Shown: in pieces, positions 1-12,085 of the stretch
Numbering within the stretch: the stretch's first letter is position 1
Layout: every line of letters begins with the position of its first letter
From: Phoronis australis
Lineage: Eukaryota; Animalia; Phoronida
Assembly (NCBI GenBank): GCA_002633005.1
Contig: NMRA01000038.1
Location: forward strand, 581,329 to 645,328
DNA length: 64,000 nt
Direction of reading: 5' to 3'
The notes under the pieces: model-generated
The model's database searches: none
Seen by the model: only the letters and a program-made list of their open reading frames with translations
Told to the model about the DNA's origin: nothing
Position numbers and translations under genes: made by a program

Positions 1-648
1 GTGAACAATATTTTGATGACCAAGGCGTGGGCCGAAACTGTTAAGCACCCAGCGTGTTCCATTTGTCTGCTGCGTTTTTCCTTTGGCCTAACAGATGTCG
101 GTTAGTGCCTGGGACAAATAGATACATTGCATAAACAATCCCTGGGTTGCTTTTTGTTCCGTCTGAAGAAAATTTAATTTCGAAAATATCTTCTGAAAAT
201 GAACAAAAAAGTGCATTAGTAAAATCAACAAGTTTTTAAGTGGTCTCAAAAAAACAGTCGGTAAATGCATTAATTTTAGTCTCAGTTCTTCCACGCGTGT
301 TTCTCCCGAGAGGTTAGTACCTAACGTGCAGACGAGCGTTCCAAATTGGAGCGCTAAGTCCCGCGTGGCAGCGCTGCACGCGAAACAAGATGGCGGACGA
401 CCTTTGGAGACTGACGACGAGAGGTAATCGGACTATACGTATCATCTAGTTAACTGTTAAGTTTCATACCAGGGAATGTAGAGCACTACAATTTCTTTCG
501 AAAGTTGTGAAATACCCAAACAGGTACACAAACACCAACAAGCGTGTTAACAAATGACAATTCTGGCTACCTTGCCTTGTTCAGTTTGTCATGATGAACA
601 ACATATTTGAATGAACAACTGGTCACCATTGGCTGGTTGACCACTTAC

Positions 649-723
649 CTGGTACTCTTTCACAACTTCGCTTAAACATGGATATCGCTCACTAATCCAC
701 CGGTAAAACTTCGGGACTCCCAT
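649..723 (-). CDS. XRN1: 5'-3' exoribonuclease 1, first coding exon (gene continues off the left edge)
   Basis: Reverse strand 723..649 reads MGVPKFYRWISERYPCLSEVVKEYQ followed by a CAG|GTAAGT donor. This matches the conserved XRN1 N-terminus (MGVPKFYRWISERYPCLSEVVKEHQ in vertebrates, recalled). Confidence 0.95.
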
Positions 724-1154
724 GTCGAATTACTATCTGTTGCATGAAAGAAAAAAGAGCTAGAAATATGCAACTAGAGACCTTTTTATTTAGACTGTTT
801 CAAACATTTGCAATGATTGTGAAAGTCCGGCAGAACGGAAGTAGAGTTTCTTTGTAACCGCTCTTCTGATTGGTCTCGTTAAAACAAGATTTTCTAATTA
901 AATATCTTTTATTTCAAAGTAAATTGGCTGATAATATTGGTGGTAAGCACAACTTTCTAAAATCTCCCCTGAATATGAAAACAAACGCTAAAAAGACATT
1001 TGACATGTGCATTGTAAGAGCAAAGTTCCTTTTGATGTCTAAAATAAAGCACCAATAGACCACTTTCTTACATAAAGTTTGTTGTGTTTCCGGTTCCTGT
1101 CGGCTCGTCAGCACTCCGAAGGTGAAGAAGCGCTTGGTACAGTAACATATTGCC
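724..1154. promoter_or_regulatory. Bidirectional promoter and 5' UTRs between XRN1 and SPCS1
   Basis: 431 bp between divergent ATGs. Contains ETS-type CGGAAGT (~836) and TTCCGG (~1088) and several CCAAT/ATTGG boxes (~869, ~923, ~936, ~1051). Confidence 0.7.
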
Positions 1155-4100
1155 ATGGATTATCTAAAGAAAATGATCCCCGAATCCATTAGAAACATCC
1201 CTATTCACATGGTATGTTCTATTAGACTGTAGAATTATCGAATCTCATCGTGTATAATGCAAATTTCCTTCACACTCAACAGATCTAAAAAGACTCAAAC
1301 TCATTCCGTGAACTTAGTCTAGTCGGAGGACCAACCTTGGTCAGTTGGTGCTTGGTTCAAAGCTGTACAATATACAGTATCGCACTGCACCGATAAAAAA
1401 CGATCGTGGGAAATCATTCAGAATCTCTTTGAAAAATTGTCTTGTGACTACAAAACTCTGAAGCCTGATCAATATCACGTGCGCCCACCTAAAGTGGGAG
1501 CCTGTTTCAGTGTTTGTGCTAAAGAAAGGGCTCGCTGTTCAATCATGACAACTGGGGTGTGTGACTAGAGTGGCACACGACCATAGTCTTGATGGACTTT
1601 TCATATTGGTGCTCTCTAGAATACTGAAAGCAAGGAAGCAACTTACCTTTGATTCCAACTCAGCATTTGGTGGACCAAAATTCAATACTGCATCATGGTT
1701 TATCACCGTAATTTAAAAACTGATTTATAATTCCTTCTGTCAAACCCTCCCATTGTCTGATTAAGTTCACTAATTTATGTCATCATTTTGACATCTGCAG
1801 GGATCAAATTCTCCTGATTTGTCAGTTGCAGCCACTGACTGCTATGCAGTGGCGAATTCTTCTTTGCAGTGAGAAATATATGGGACATCATGTCCTTCAC
1901 CCATGGAAAAATAAGAGGTTTGCCTTAGTCCCGTAGTATATCCCACTGCACATCAGTGAAAATTGGCTGACATTATGATAGCAAGAAATGTATTAAAACA
2001 CTGTTTATACCAGTAGGTTGAAACCTTCCATCAGCTTTACAGTGGCTCTGTTGGTAGCGCTGCACTTCTGTCCACCAAAGTTAAAGGTCTGCTCGCTGTC
2101 TGGCGGGATAGTCAATTTCAATATTTCACAGCTATTTGAAAATCAGCTATTCTAAAATTGCGTTCAGGAAAGCAGTTTCAACAATTCTGTGCACGAACCA
2201 TCATTTTCTGGGGACAACTTTTTTGAAATTCTTAGGAAATTTTGATAACTCTACAGAATATAACCTCATGTGTGAGTGTTTTGGATGTGAGAGGAAACAA
2301 ATGATGGACCTTGTAATCAATGATTAGCAAACTTGCATCTAAATTACTTATTTCTATATACCAAATTTACCTCCTTCACTCTTGTCATGCATGTCATAGT
2401 GTACTTCCACATGTACTGCTCAAGGTAATTGTGTTAAAACTTAAAGTCACATCGTACACCATCTTATACTTTTTAGTGAACTAGCTATTGAGAATGTCTA
2501 CAAATGCTTGCTCAGTAAAAGTCTTTCTAGATGCAAGCTTGTGGACGCCTCCAAACCTCCTTATTGAACAGGCGTCTGGGGAATATTTTTATGCACAAAT
2601 TTGATTTCTTTGATGTTCAAGGTTATTTAAAATATGTGGTTTCATGAGTTGAAATCAGTTTTTTTCAATAAAAATACTTTCATGATGGCTGGTAGTTACG
2701 TGGGTGTTTTTCAAGTAGAAATGATTATTTTGATTGCATTTTTTTCAGGATTTCGAAGGGCAAAAGAAAGCTGAGAGGACATTTCAAATCATCATTGTGC
2801 TATTTGCGGTAAGCATCGTCTTGTCATGAAATTCCCTGTGTACCATTGTACTGGAATCATTTTTGTGCCATTTCTGTGACAGAAGCATTAAAGCATTTAA
2901 TTCTTTTGTATATTGCGTAAATTGGGAATGCAAATCTGGCGTCCTTTTCACATTAAAACCTTCAAAAATTTTCTGTCCCAAAATGGACCAAAACAGGGTT
3001 TTTTTACTTAAAAGTTTAGTTTGCATGGCTTATGACTTTAATAACAAGAGCACAGATAATGAGAAATATTGCTTGTGCTTTGTATTGTTCATCTGGAAGT
3101 CTCTGCCTCATCACAAAAGTGTGGAAAATCTTGCAAATTTGTTTCAGCTTTGTTACAGATTCATTTCCTGAATTTCCTTTGTGTTATGCTGGTGTCTAGT
3201 GATGAAAATTCGTTCTGGAAGGCAACATAGTTTTACAACTAGGTTTTATTTGCTAGCTTGCCAGTTTGAAAAAACTCACCTGCCCTGACCTAAGAATTGA
3301 CCTATCGCCAGGATTTTGAGTGAGAAGCCTAACTGACCATTCAGAATGCAACATTCTTGACCCATATTCGTTTCCAAGCCATCATTTTATCCAAGAACCA
3401 ACACCTTGTTGGTGAAAACTTATTGTTTGTTTGTTGAGTGTCACGTGACTTTTTGCAAGGGGGCAGAGCTTGCGAAAGGTCAATTGAACCCGGCATCTGT
3501 GGAATGCAAGCTAGGCACTCTGACCACTGAGCTATTGAGACCATATCGGGAACAGATGATACATTTCACTTATGTAGGACCTAGACAAACGTCTTACATA
3601 GTTTGGCTGACTTCGATCATCATATCTCACAAGTGGCTGACTGTACTGACATGCAAAATGTTCACGTACTGTACTTTGTACACAGTTCTCTAAAACTGTG
3701 AGGAGCTGTGTTAAAAATGTTCCACTTTTGTGCGATGGGCTTTCAAAAAATAAAATTTCTATGAAAGAACTCAAATTTTGCGTAAAACAAAAGTGAAATG
3801 ATAAGTTAGTAAACTTTGTATCAAATGAGATTTATTTGTGTCATTGATAGGATTGTTTTACAATGTTTGTGCCTTTCTTTTTTTGTAAATGTTTTGCTGA
3901 AAAGACATGGACGCATGAGTGATGCGAGCTAATTAATGGCAGGTTGGTAGAAAGTAGAAAATCAAACTACAGGTTTTCTCCTTACAGAAAAAATATATCG
4001 TTTACAAAGCTAAAATCTATAGTTTTGGGGGAATTTTGATAAATGCGCGGACTTGTTGATAGGAATGGTAGACCATACAGTAAACATTTTACGTTTGATG

Positions 4101-5414
4101 TGTGCTTTAGGTCGATGTGTTATATTAATATTATGACGAGGACTGTGTAATATTTCCAGGTGGTTGGCTTCATTTGGGGTTATGTGTGTCAACAGTTCTC
4201 ACAGACGGTTTACATTCTTGGTGCTGGATTCGTCTTGTCAAGTCTTGTGAGTACTTAGATTAGACAGTTTAGAAATTAGAAATCACAAATAGTGTGTACT
4301 TGTAGAGCGATTTATAAGTAAAATTCATCTTTGTTTGAAACGAATATCAGCCTAGACAACACTAGTTTGTACATATCAGCCTAGACAACACTAGTTTGTA
4401 CATATCAGCCTAGACAACTCTAGTTTGTACATATCAGCCTAGACAACTCTAGGTTGTACATATCAGCCTAGACAACTCTAGTTTGTACATATCAGCCTGG
4501 ACAACTCTAGTTTGTACATATCAGCCTAGACAACACTAGTTTGTACATATATCAACTTCGCTCTGTAAGTACACTCGATCAACATTTACAACGTCCATAA
4601 AAGTCATCAAAATTTTTAATAATTTTACAGATTACAGAACATATAAGGTATAAAAGGTGACTGATCAATGTAAAAAAAACAAGTCATACAATTGAAGTGT
4701 CTTAGAAAACACAATAATGATTAATAATATTAATGATTTAATGTTTTTATTTTGTTCTATCCATATGATGGGAAACACTATCCAATAGGTGGCAGTGTAT
4801 AACTGAGTAGGAAAAGAGAAATGAATTTTCAAAATGTAACAGCATTGTTATCCACTACAGAAAATAAATTCAAACTCCGACTTTAATTACAAAATCCATG
4901 TACGTGTTCGAAAGTCCATGTCCATACTGTGGGGAGTTTGTGTGCTAAGTCTTAGAATAATTGTATAGAACTAGTGCCAAGAGTCCACAATGACCTAATT
5001 TGCGTAAGAAATGATTCATCTTCCAAATATTTCAAACTCCTTACTTAAGTTTTCAAACTCAACGTAAGTAAGTCAAACTCGTTACAACAAAAATCAAACT
5101 TGATGCTGTAACATGTCGAAGCATGTTGAGGAGAACTCTGAGCAGTTATGTGTTCTGCACCATTGACAACGTGTTTACATTCTTCTTCCACCTTTTATTG
5201 TGCATGACTATAATTTTAGTTTTATTGGGCTTGACTATAATTTTAGTTTCATTGTGCATGACTATAATTTTAGATTACCCTCCCACCATGGCCTATCTTT
5301 AGAGTGAAGCCTTTACAGTGGCAAGAGGCCAGACAGACAGAGGATGTGTCAGGTGATGGGCCAGCCAATCAGGCACCACCAACATCAGGTCAAAAGGCAA
5401 AGAAAAGGAAATGA
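1155..5414 (+). CDS. SPCS1: Signal peptidase complex subunit 1 (SPC12), 4 exons, 114 aa
   Basis: Exons 1155-1211, 2749-2808, 4160-4246, 5274-5414, all GT-AG and phase 0. Protein: MDYLKKMIPESIRNIPIHM|DFEGQKKAERTFQIIIVLFA|VVGFIWGYVCQQFSQTVYILGAGFVLSSL|ITLPPWPIFRVKPLQWQEARQTEDVSGDGPANQAPPTSGQKAKKRK*. Has the SPC12 hallmarks MD.GQK.AE, two TM helices and TLPPWP. Confidence 0.96.
3478..3542 (-). pseudogene. Degenerate tRNA-like sequence (tRNA pseudogene or SINE head) in SPCS1 intron 2
   Basis: Minus strand GGTCTCAATAGCTCAGTGGTCAGAGTG...GCCGGGTTCAATTGACC has Pol III A-box and B-box-like motifs at tRNA spacing, but the anticodon and acceptor stems do not pair. Confidence 0.55.
4344..4550. repeat. 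Minisatellite, 29-bp unit x7
   Basis: Head-to-tail ATATCAGCCTAGACAAC(A/T)CTAGTTTGTAC with no spacers. Confidence 0.95.
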
Positions 5415-8400
5415 ACTCTTGGGATATTTGAATGACATCTGTTATTATTGAAGGATCTATTTGTTGGTCAGTGACTGAAGTTATGTACAGGTCGGACATT
5501 TTTGCGCAATTGTTGATTGTTTTCTTTTTGAATAGTTCAAAGCTCTTATGCATTTTGATTACAATTATTGTTTTATTTCTGGAATAGTGAAACCAAAGTA
5601 GATCCTAACTGTTTGTTGTGCTTAAATGAACCTGTTAGTGTACACGTTTACCTGAGTACATTTAATATTGCATGTATTACACCTTGAGGCAGCAGGAAGG
5701 ACCTTCTTTATTTATTTCATTGCTATGGTGAAATCTCACTAATTACAGATAGAAATACTTGCCAAAATTTGCATTTGTTTCATGTTTAACAGCTTCTGAC
5801 ATTGCGGATACCCACAATTAGTCAACATAGTGTTTGTTGGTAGCTATGGTACAAAAGTTGAATATGACAAGTCATGTTTTGGTACCATTTATTATTTGTG
5901 AGCAACTAAGAAAATAAAATTTCATCTGTCTGCCGTATTGCGTCCTAAATTGGTGAGATTTTACAAAAAACAGTTTATATTTCTGAGGCACACTTGTTGA
6001 AAGCAGCCAGCTCTTATGGCAACTGTAGGGAGATGTGCTGTGTCTAGAAGAAAAATTAATACATGTAAAGAGTCAAAACATGGTCAACTACTGTTTGTGT
6101 ATTTGTCATGACACTGTAGTACGTACATCTTAAACTATTGTGTAACTATGTTGTACTTTAGATCAGTATATTACAAATACAAATGTCTTGTTTCATACCT
6201 GCGCTCTTGTTTATTTCAACTCCCTCGCCTCACGCCTTTAGGAACTTCTGATGTCAGAAAGGCTTACTTTTTAATTGGGTCATTAAGTGAAAAGTTCATC
6301 TCAACAACTCATTTATTCATATTAGGTTATACCAGAGCTTGGGTAGTACAGAAACACTGTTATTCCTGAGGAGGGAACACAAAAACTTGAACATGATAGT
6401 CGTCAGTTTATGCACAATTACAACAATGTAGGTGTTTTTCACATCTGCTCACCAGATGGAGTTGCTGGGTGTGGTTTCGCAAGGGAAAGTCAAAATCTAT
6501 GGTGTTTGCTTTACTATGTGGTAATTTTTCAACTGTTAAGTGCACAATATGACTGATAAGTGAATTTATATTTCGCCACTTTTATTCACAAAGATATAGG
6601 ACAAGAAAAGACATTATTTTAGTTCATAATATGGTTTGTACTGTGTACCTGTCATGAAAGAGAATTTGGTAAAGTTTTTGTTAACTTTTTCCAGTAAGGT
6701 AATCAGCATGTAAAACTCGTAAAATGGCAATTTTAGCAATTCTTTTTGTGCCAAGTAAGTGAAGAATTACCTTAGTTGTTGAACTCTGTCTGAGTTGGTC
6801 ATGGTGTTTCCATGATGAACGTGGATACTGAAACAGGATTGATGANCCCTCCCTATTCTTGCATGCTTGCTTACTGAGTTTTGGGGTAACAGTAATTAAA
6901 ATTTTTAAGCTAAAAAGAGTAATTGGTTCTTAATATTTCTGTAACAGAGGTAACATCAAAAGTACTCTAACTTTCCTCTTCAATTTGTACAAGTTGTTTT
7001 AAATGGTCAAACTGTCTCTTTGAAATATTTTCCTCATGCAATGCGAAAAGCAAATCCCAAAGCCTTCAAAATTTCAGTTATTCAAGCATATTAGACTATA
7101 TGAGTTGCCGCTGAAAGGGAGTTGGACTCCCAGGAAAGTGAACTGGATGTATACAAAACAGCTTGGTGACTCTGATGGCAAATTGTACACTCCTGGCCTG
7201 CTGACATGACAAGGCAGTTCCATACACAGAAAAGAACGTTGCCATGATCTAATGTCTTAAGAAAGGAAAAAATAATTGTGATGAACTGTCAAAAATATTT
7301 TTATTAATAACAACTAGTTTAGGCCAACAAAGTGTTCCAGCTCCTTCACTACTTGACCTTTCAACCACACATGAAGTGCTGACGTGCGTCATGGCAACTG
7401 CGGAGTACAAGCGGAATTTATGCTGCATCGATGGCGCGGAACCTATTGGTCTGTGCTGTGGCATACCGATGGCAGCAGTCCAACTGACCACCTGGGCTTA
7501 TGAAAAGCATCGCGTGGCAAATTCCCTTTCCTTCAGAGACCTCTGCATCCTTTCTGGTAGGAAATATGAGCTATCTGGAAATTTGTAACTCCTTAAAAAA
7601 GTTAATTTTTATTGTCATCATCAATAGTTGGTATGCAAGACAATGTTAATAAGAGGCCTCACACATGAAATCAGTCAAGAATGTCTATAAAATCGGGTTT
7701 ACTGGAGAAAGCGGAGAAAGCTCACAGTGGGGCGATTATTAAAAGTTCTGAGTAAAATTTAAAAAAGAAACAAGTTTTATTTTTAAAAATTCTTTTATGA
7801 TAGACATATGTCCCCACTAAACATAAGTGATACACGCGTCGCAATCTCGTTACCTCTTGAAAAAGATACCGAGGGAGGTCAGTTATTATGACGAAATACA
7901 ATTACAAGAAATACGTTACCGTAGAGAATACAAAATAATCTCCGGTAAGATGAGCACCAAAAGAGATGTTGTAATACAGCTGAAGTGATTTACGGATTTG
8001 GAAAGAACTTTTAGTTCGCATCCAACTTGTTGAGCTTTGTTTGAAGCGATATTGAATTGTCACTCCTTCCTAACATATCTATTGTGATGAAGAACAAGTT
8101 AAGGTAATCTTTGAAAGCGAGGACAGGTGATATTATATAGCGGCATTAAAAATTATGTATTTTGTGCATGTCCTGTCGAAAAGGTATTGTTTAAGAATAT
8201 AAGTACCGCCAGGAAATGCTCGCCTGGTACCGTTCTCTTGTGAAAATATATCGAAAATTTTTAGTATTAGGAAACGAATTTGTCCGGCGGGCCTTTGAGT
8301 TCCACTAAATTTCGCTGGATTAATACTTGGACAATCATTCTTCACCAACATGGCTTGTTCAGTCAATTAATATTCCGATCGTCATCTGTATCATAAAACC

Positions 8401-9157
8401 ACTGGTGCTGGCGGACGCTGGAATTAATCCCGTGTATTAATTTTATTTTTCATGAACTATTTTTGGGATTTAAAGACATATGGAAAGGGCACTACATTTT
8501 TTGCCAAGTTTTGAAACCGCATTTTCTCTGTATTTGGTTGCCAAAAGACGAAAAATGTCACGTTAGTTTTTATGTGGAGCTTACAATATTCTCGGAAGTC
8601 TCGTAATATTTATTACCGTGAGAGGATTTAATTTCCGTTACCAACAAAAGCATGGAAATAATCAACGACCCAAGAAAACGTTTCGAAGTTTTTTAGGTAC
8701 TGGCAAACCTAAACTTGCAAGATGGCGCATGCACGCATTGTTTGTGTCCGTTCTTTTGGCAACAATTCAAGTTCCAGTCGGATCAGGGTAAATATGCTAA
8801 TAAGCCCATAAGAGCTTCGGTTAACAATTGGCAAAACTGATGCGAAAGATTATAAAACACCTTTAAAAGGTCAAGTGTAAAACTTTCCCATCTGGAGTAA
8901 TTTTATTTACACAATCAAAAACTATTTTGGTGTCGCAATGGATTTTCCTGTGCTATGAATCAAAATGTGTTTATGGATATTACACATCTGATTGGTCTTT
9001 AATCAGCAGTATGTGAACCTCTTGATACAGGGAAGATCATAAAACTAACCGAGTCGTGCTTTAAGGGGTGTTGTCTTGCCAGACTGCTATTAATTCCAAA
9101 GGTCTTCCACTTGAGTTTATTTTGTGTATTACCTAAACTACTGCTCAATGCTGGTGT

Positions 9158-11933
9158 ATGAAGAAGATGGCGAAGTGTTCTGGTTTGTCTACTGCACTGG
9201 TAATTGCTGCGTTGATACAAGGTAATTCTATTAGCCGATAATAATTTCTGTAATTGAGAAATGTTGTCGTACTTAATTCTGCACTAGTAAATTTTGATCA
9301 AATGTGGTCTCAGAACAACAATAATCCCTCGCGTAATTGCTAGTTCTAGTTTCCATTCGGTAAGACCTTGGATCTGCCCACACAGAAGCACTAACGGATT
9401 TAGAACGTTGTAAGCATGAAAGATCAACTTTCGAAGAACAGATGTCCGCTTTAAATAGCCTGGCGTGTTTTTTTTTTCCTTTTTGGAAGTATTTATTGGG
9501 AAATATTATCTTTATTAGCAATATTTGGATTCTTGGTGAAATGCTGGTGATGAACGACATTAACAGCCGATTTCGTAAAGGTGGTTTAAAGTTAAACCAT
9601 GTTTAAAGATAACCTGCATTTCATAAAGGTAGTTAAAATTTTAGACCAGTGGTCTTGTAAAACCTGCTTTAACTGCAGTTTAGACCTGGGCCCGGTCTCT
9701 AATCTTTGTACTCGAAACGAACTCGAAACTATTTTTGGTAATTTCTCTGCTCCTTTTGTGCAAACTTAAGATAATTGGTTATCAGACTGTGCTCGAATAC
9801 ATTATAGTTTATGCATAGGAGTTTCTAGTTCAAATTTGCCCTTGAAAACCCTTATATTCGTGCTACAAACTCGAGTACAAACTCGAAATTTCGAGTTCAA
9901 ACTGGAACTTATTGCTTTAATATTGGGTTTACAAACTGTGAACTAAAGGCAATAAATTATCTACGTATTAGTTATTGTGTACTCGAGCATAGAATAATAG
10001 ACACTTATCTTGAGTTCGCCCAAAAGTAAAGTAGAAAATGCCAAACCTAATTTCGAGTTCCATCATCGTCGTAAGCGCCACGGGTTGACTGGAGACGACA
10101 TCTTCTGGTTCTTCTGAGTTCCACCTCCATTGGTCCCCTATTTAATGTTGCCGGACAGGGGTCCTGCTCCCCCTTTGGCCGCAAAAAAAATAAACACTAA
10201 AATGACACGGACACAAATTTTGGCATTTATTATATTGCAGCTAATCGTGAGAATGTACTTTAATGTGTATACGTGTGTAGGGCACAGACATTACATTTTT
10301 CTTCATGAGAAAAGCTTTTATGATAGATATATGTCCCGAATAATAGATAAATGATACGTGCTTCGCAAACTCGTTACAAGAGATGAAAAGGAGACCGAGG
10401 TAGGCGATATAAGGTCATTTATTATGACTAGTACAATTACAATAAAATGAATACAGGAAAATAACGTATAATAGGTAATCTCTGGTAAGATGGGCAATTA
10501 TAGACCTTTTTCGCAAATCATTGCACTGATTCTACGTTGTATAACCACGTGATCAAGGTTTCATTGAAGCACTTCAATAGTTTCTTTGTTGGGTTAATCC
10601 AGGTCAACACATTAGGGTGGCTTGTATACTTTTAACCTGGTTTTACTAAACTGGCTCCCTGGTCTAACAAAACCAGGCCTTCAGACTTTCAAACCACGTT
10701 GGTGAAATGCAAGTTAAGTCTAAAATTAGACCAGGTTTAGGAAGACCAGGTTTAAGTCTTCAACCTGGATTTGTTAAACAAACTTTATGAAATCGGTTGT
10801 AAGAGTTGACCCGTAACTAAATAGCAAGATTCCAAGCGTAAGTTATTTAAAATTTAAAATAGGTTCACAAAATACTTACTAACGGCTAGCATGAGTAGGA
10901 AACAGGGTATGAGAACGCTCCACCGGCCGACGGGCATTGATGATGACAACAGCAGGATGACGAGAGGGTGAAAGGGTAATATTGGGGGCTACGGGGAACG
11001 CTGCGTAAAACGGGGGCAGGGGGGTTGCAGCAGTTTTTTCCGCCTCCACGACAACATCTCTTGCTACTTCTCTCTAGACCAACCAGGCCTATTAAGATGA
11101 TTTATAGCAACCCAACTCATTTTATATATGATTGTCGACAAAATATTATGACGTAAAAAGAAATGGTGAAATATGGATAATTTTGTTAGATATTAAAATC
11201 TGTATGGACGAAGATAAAAAGTCCTGGGAACAGACCATGTTTGCAGTTACACCCGATAATTTATAAGACGTAGGCTGAAGAGCATGGTTGGTACTGGTCT
11301 CTGTTTTTTGAAAATCGTATCGGTCCTGTGGAATTTTAGTAGATCACTTTTCAGAAAAGAAACTTCATCTGAGACGAGCAAAGCCATCCCTTTGCAAATC
11401 ATGGCGTTTCAAACTTTGCTTACCTTAGCTTACGTGATATTGTGCAACTTCACAGAAAGAGCACTAGACCTTGGCCGAAACTGACGCAGTCGGTGAGCAC
11501 AGGAGTTAAAATGACCATGGGCGCAGAACCGAAACAAGTAGGACATTTTGGCCTAATATCAATTTCGTTCAAGTGATTTCATTGATGCTGGTGGAAACGT
11601 GCTTGTTTGTTGTTTCAGGGACTCGGGCTCACCCTCGTTGTCCACAAATGAGCGCTGACAACAAGGTACGACTGAGGGGTAATGTGTGTTACGAATTTGT
11701 TGTCACTGAAAAAAGATGGCCAACAGCATCTGACGAATGTGTCAACTACGGGGGTCATTTAGCCGTAATACCCGACGAGGCAACGCAACGATTTATAGAG
11801 CAATCATTGCAACAACTGGGATGGAACTTTAACGGTATTTGGATTGGTCTGCACGACAGGAATGAAGAAGAGCAGTGGGAGTGGGTCAATGGTGAGGTCA
11901 CAGTCTCTGACGTGTTGGTGAACTCACCATCAC

Positions 11934-12022
<89 letters not shown>

Positions 12023-12053
12023 CCCTCATCACCATCACCATCACCATCATCAC

Positions 12054-12085
<32 letters not shown>

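Noticed and set aside
3195-3295. Intronic box C/D snoRNA (GTGATGA ... CTGA)
   Set aside because: No convincing terminal stem, internal C'/D' boxes or recognisable rRNA complementarity.
3478-3542. Functional tRNA-Ala gene
   Set aside because: Acceptor and anticodon stems cannot form; only the A and B boxes are retained.
4344-4550. 29-bp repeats (also the 34-bp array at 29001 and 56-bp array at 46177) as CRISPR arrays
   Set aside because: Units are directly adjacent with no unique spacers, there are no cas genes, and the context is eukaryotic introns.
11284-11484. ORF containing MAFQTLLTLAYVILCNF as the lectin signal-peptide exon
   Set aside because: It hits TGA before any donor. The exon at 9167-9221 supplies a phase-compatible signal peptide instead.
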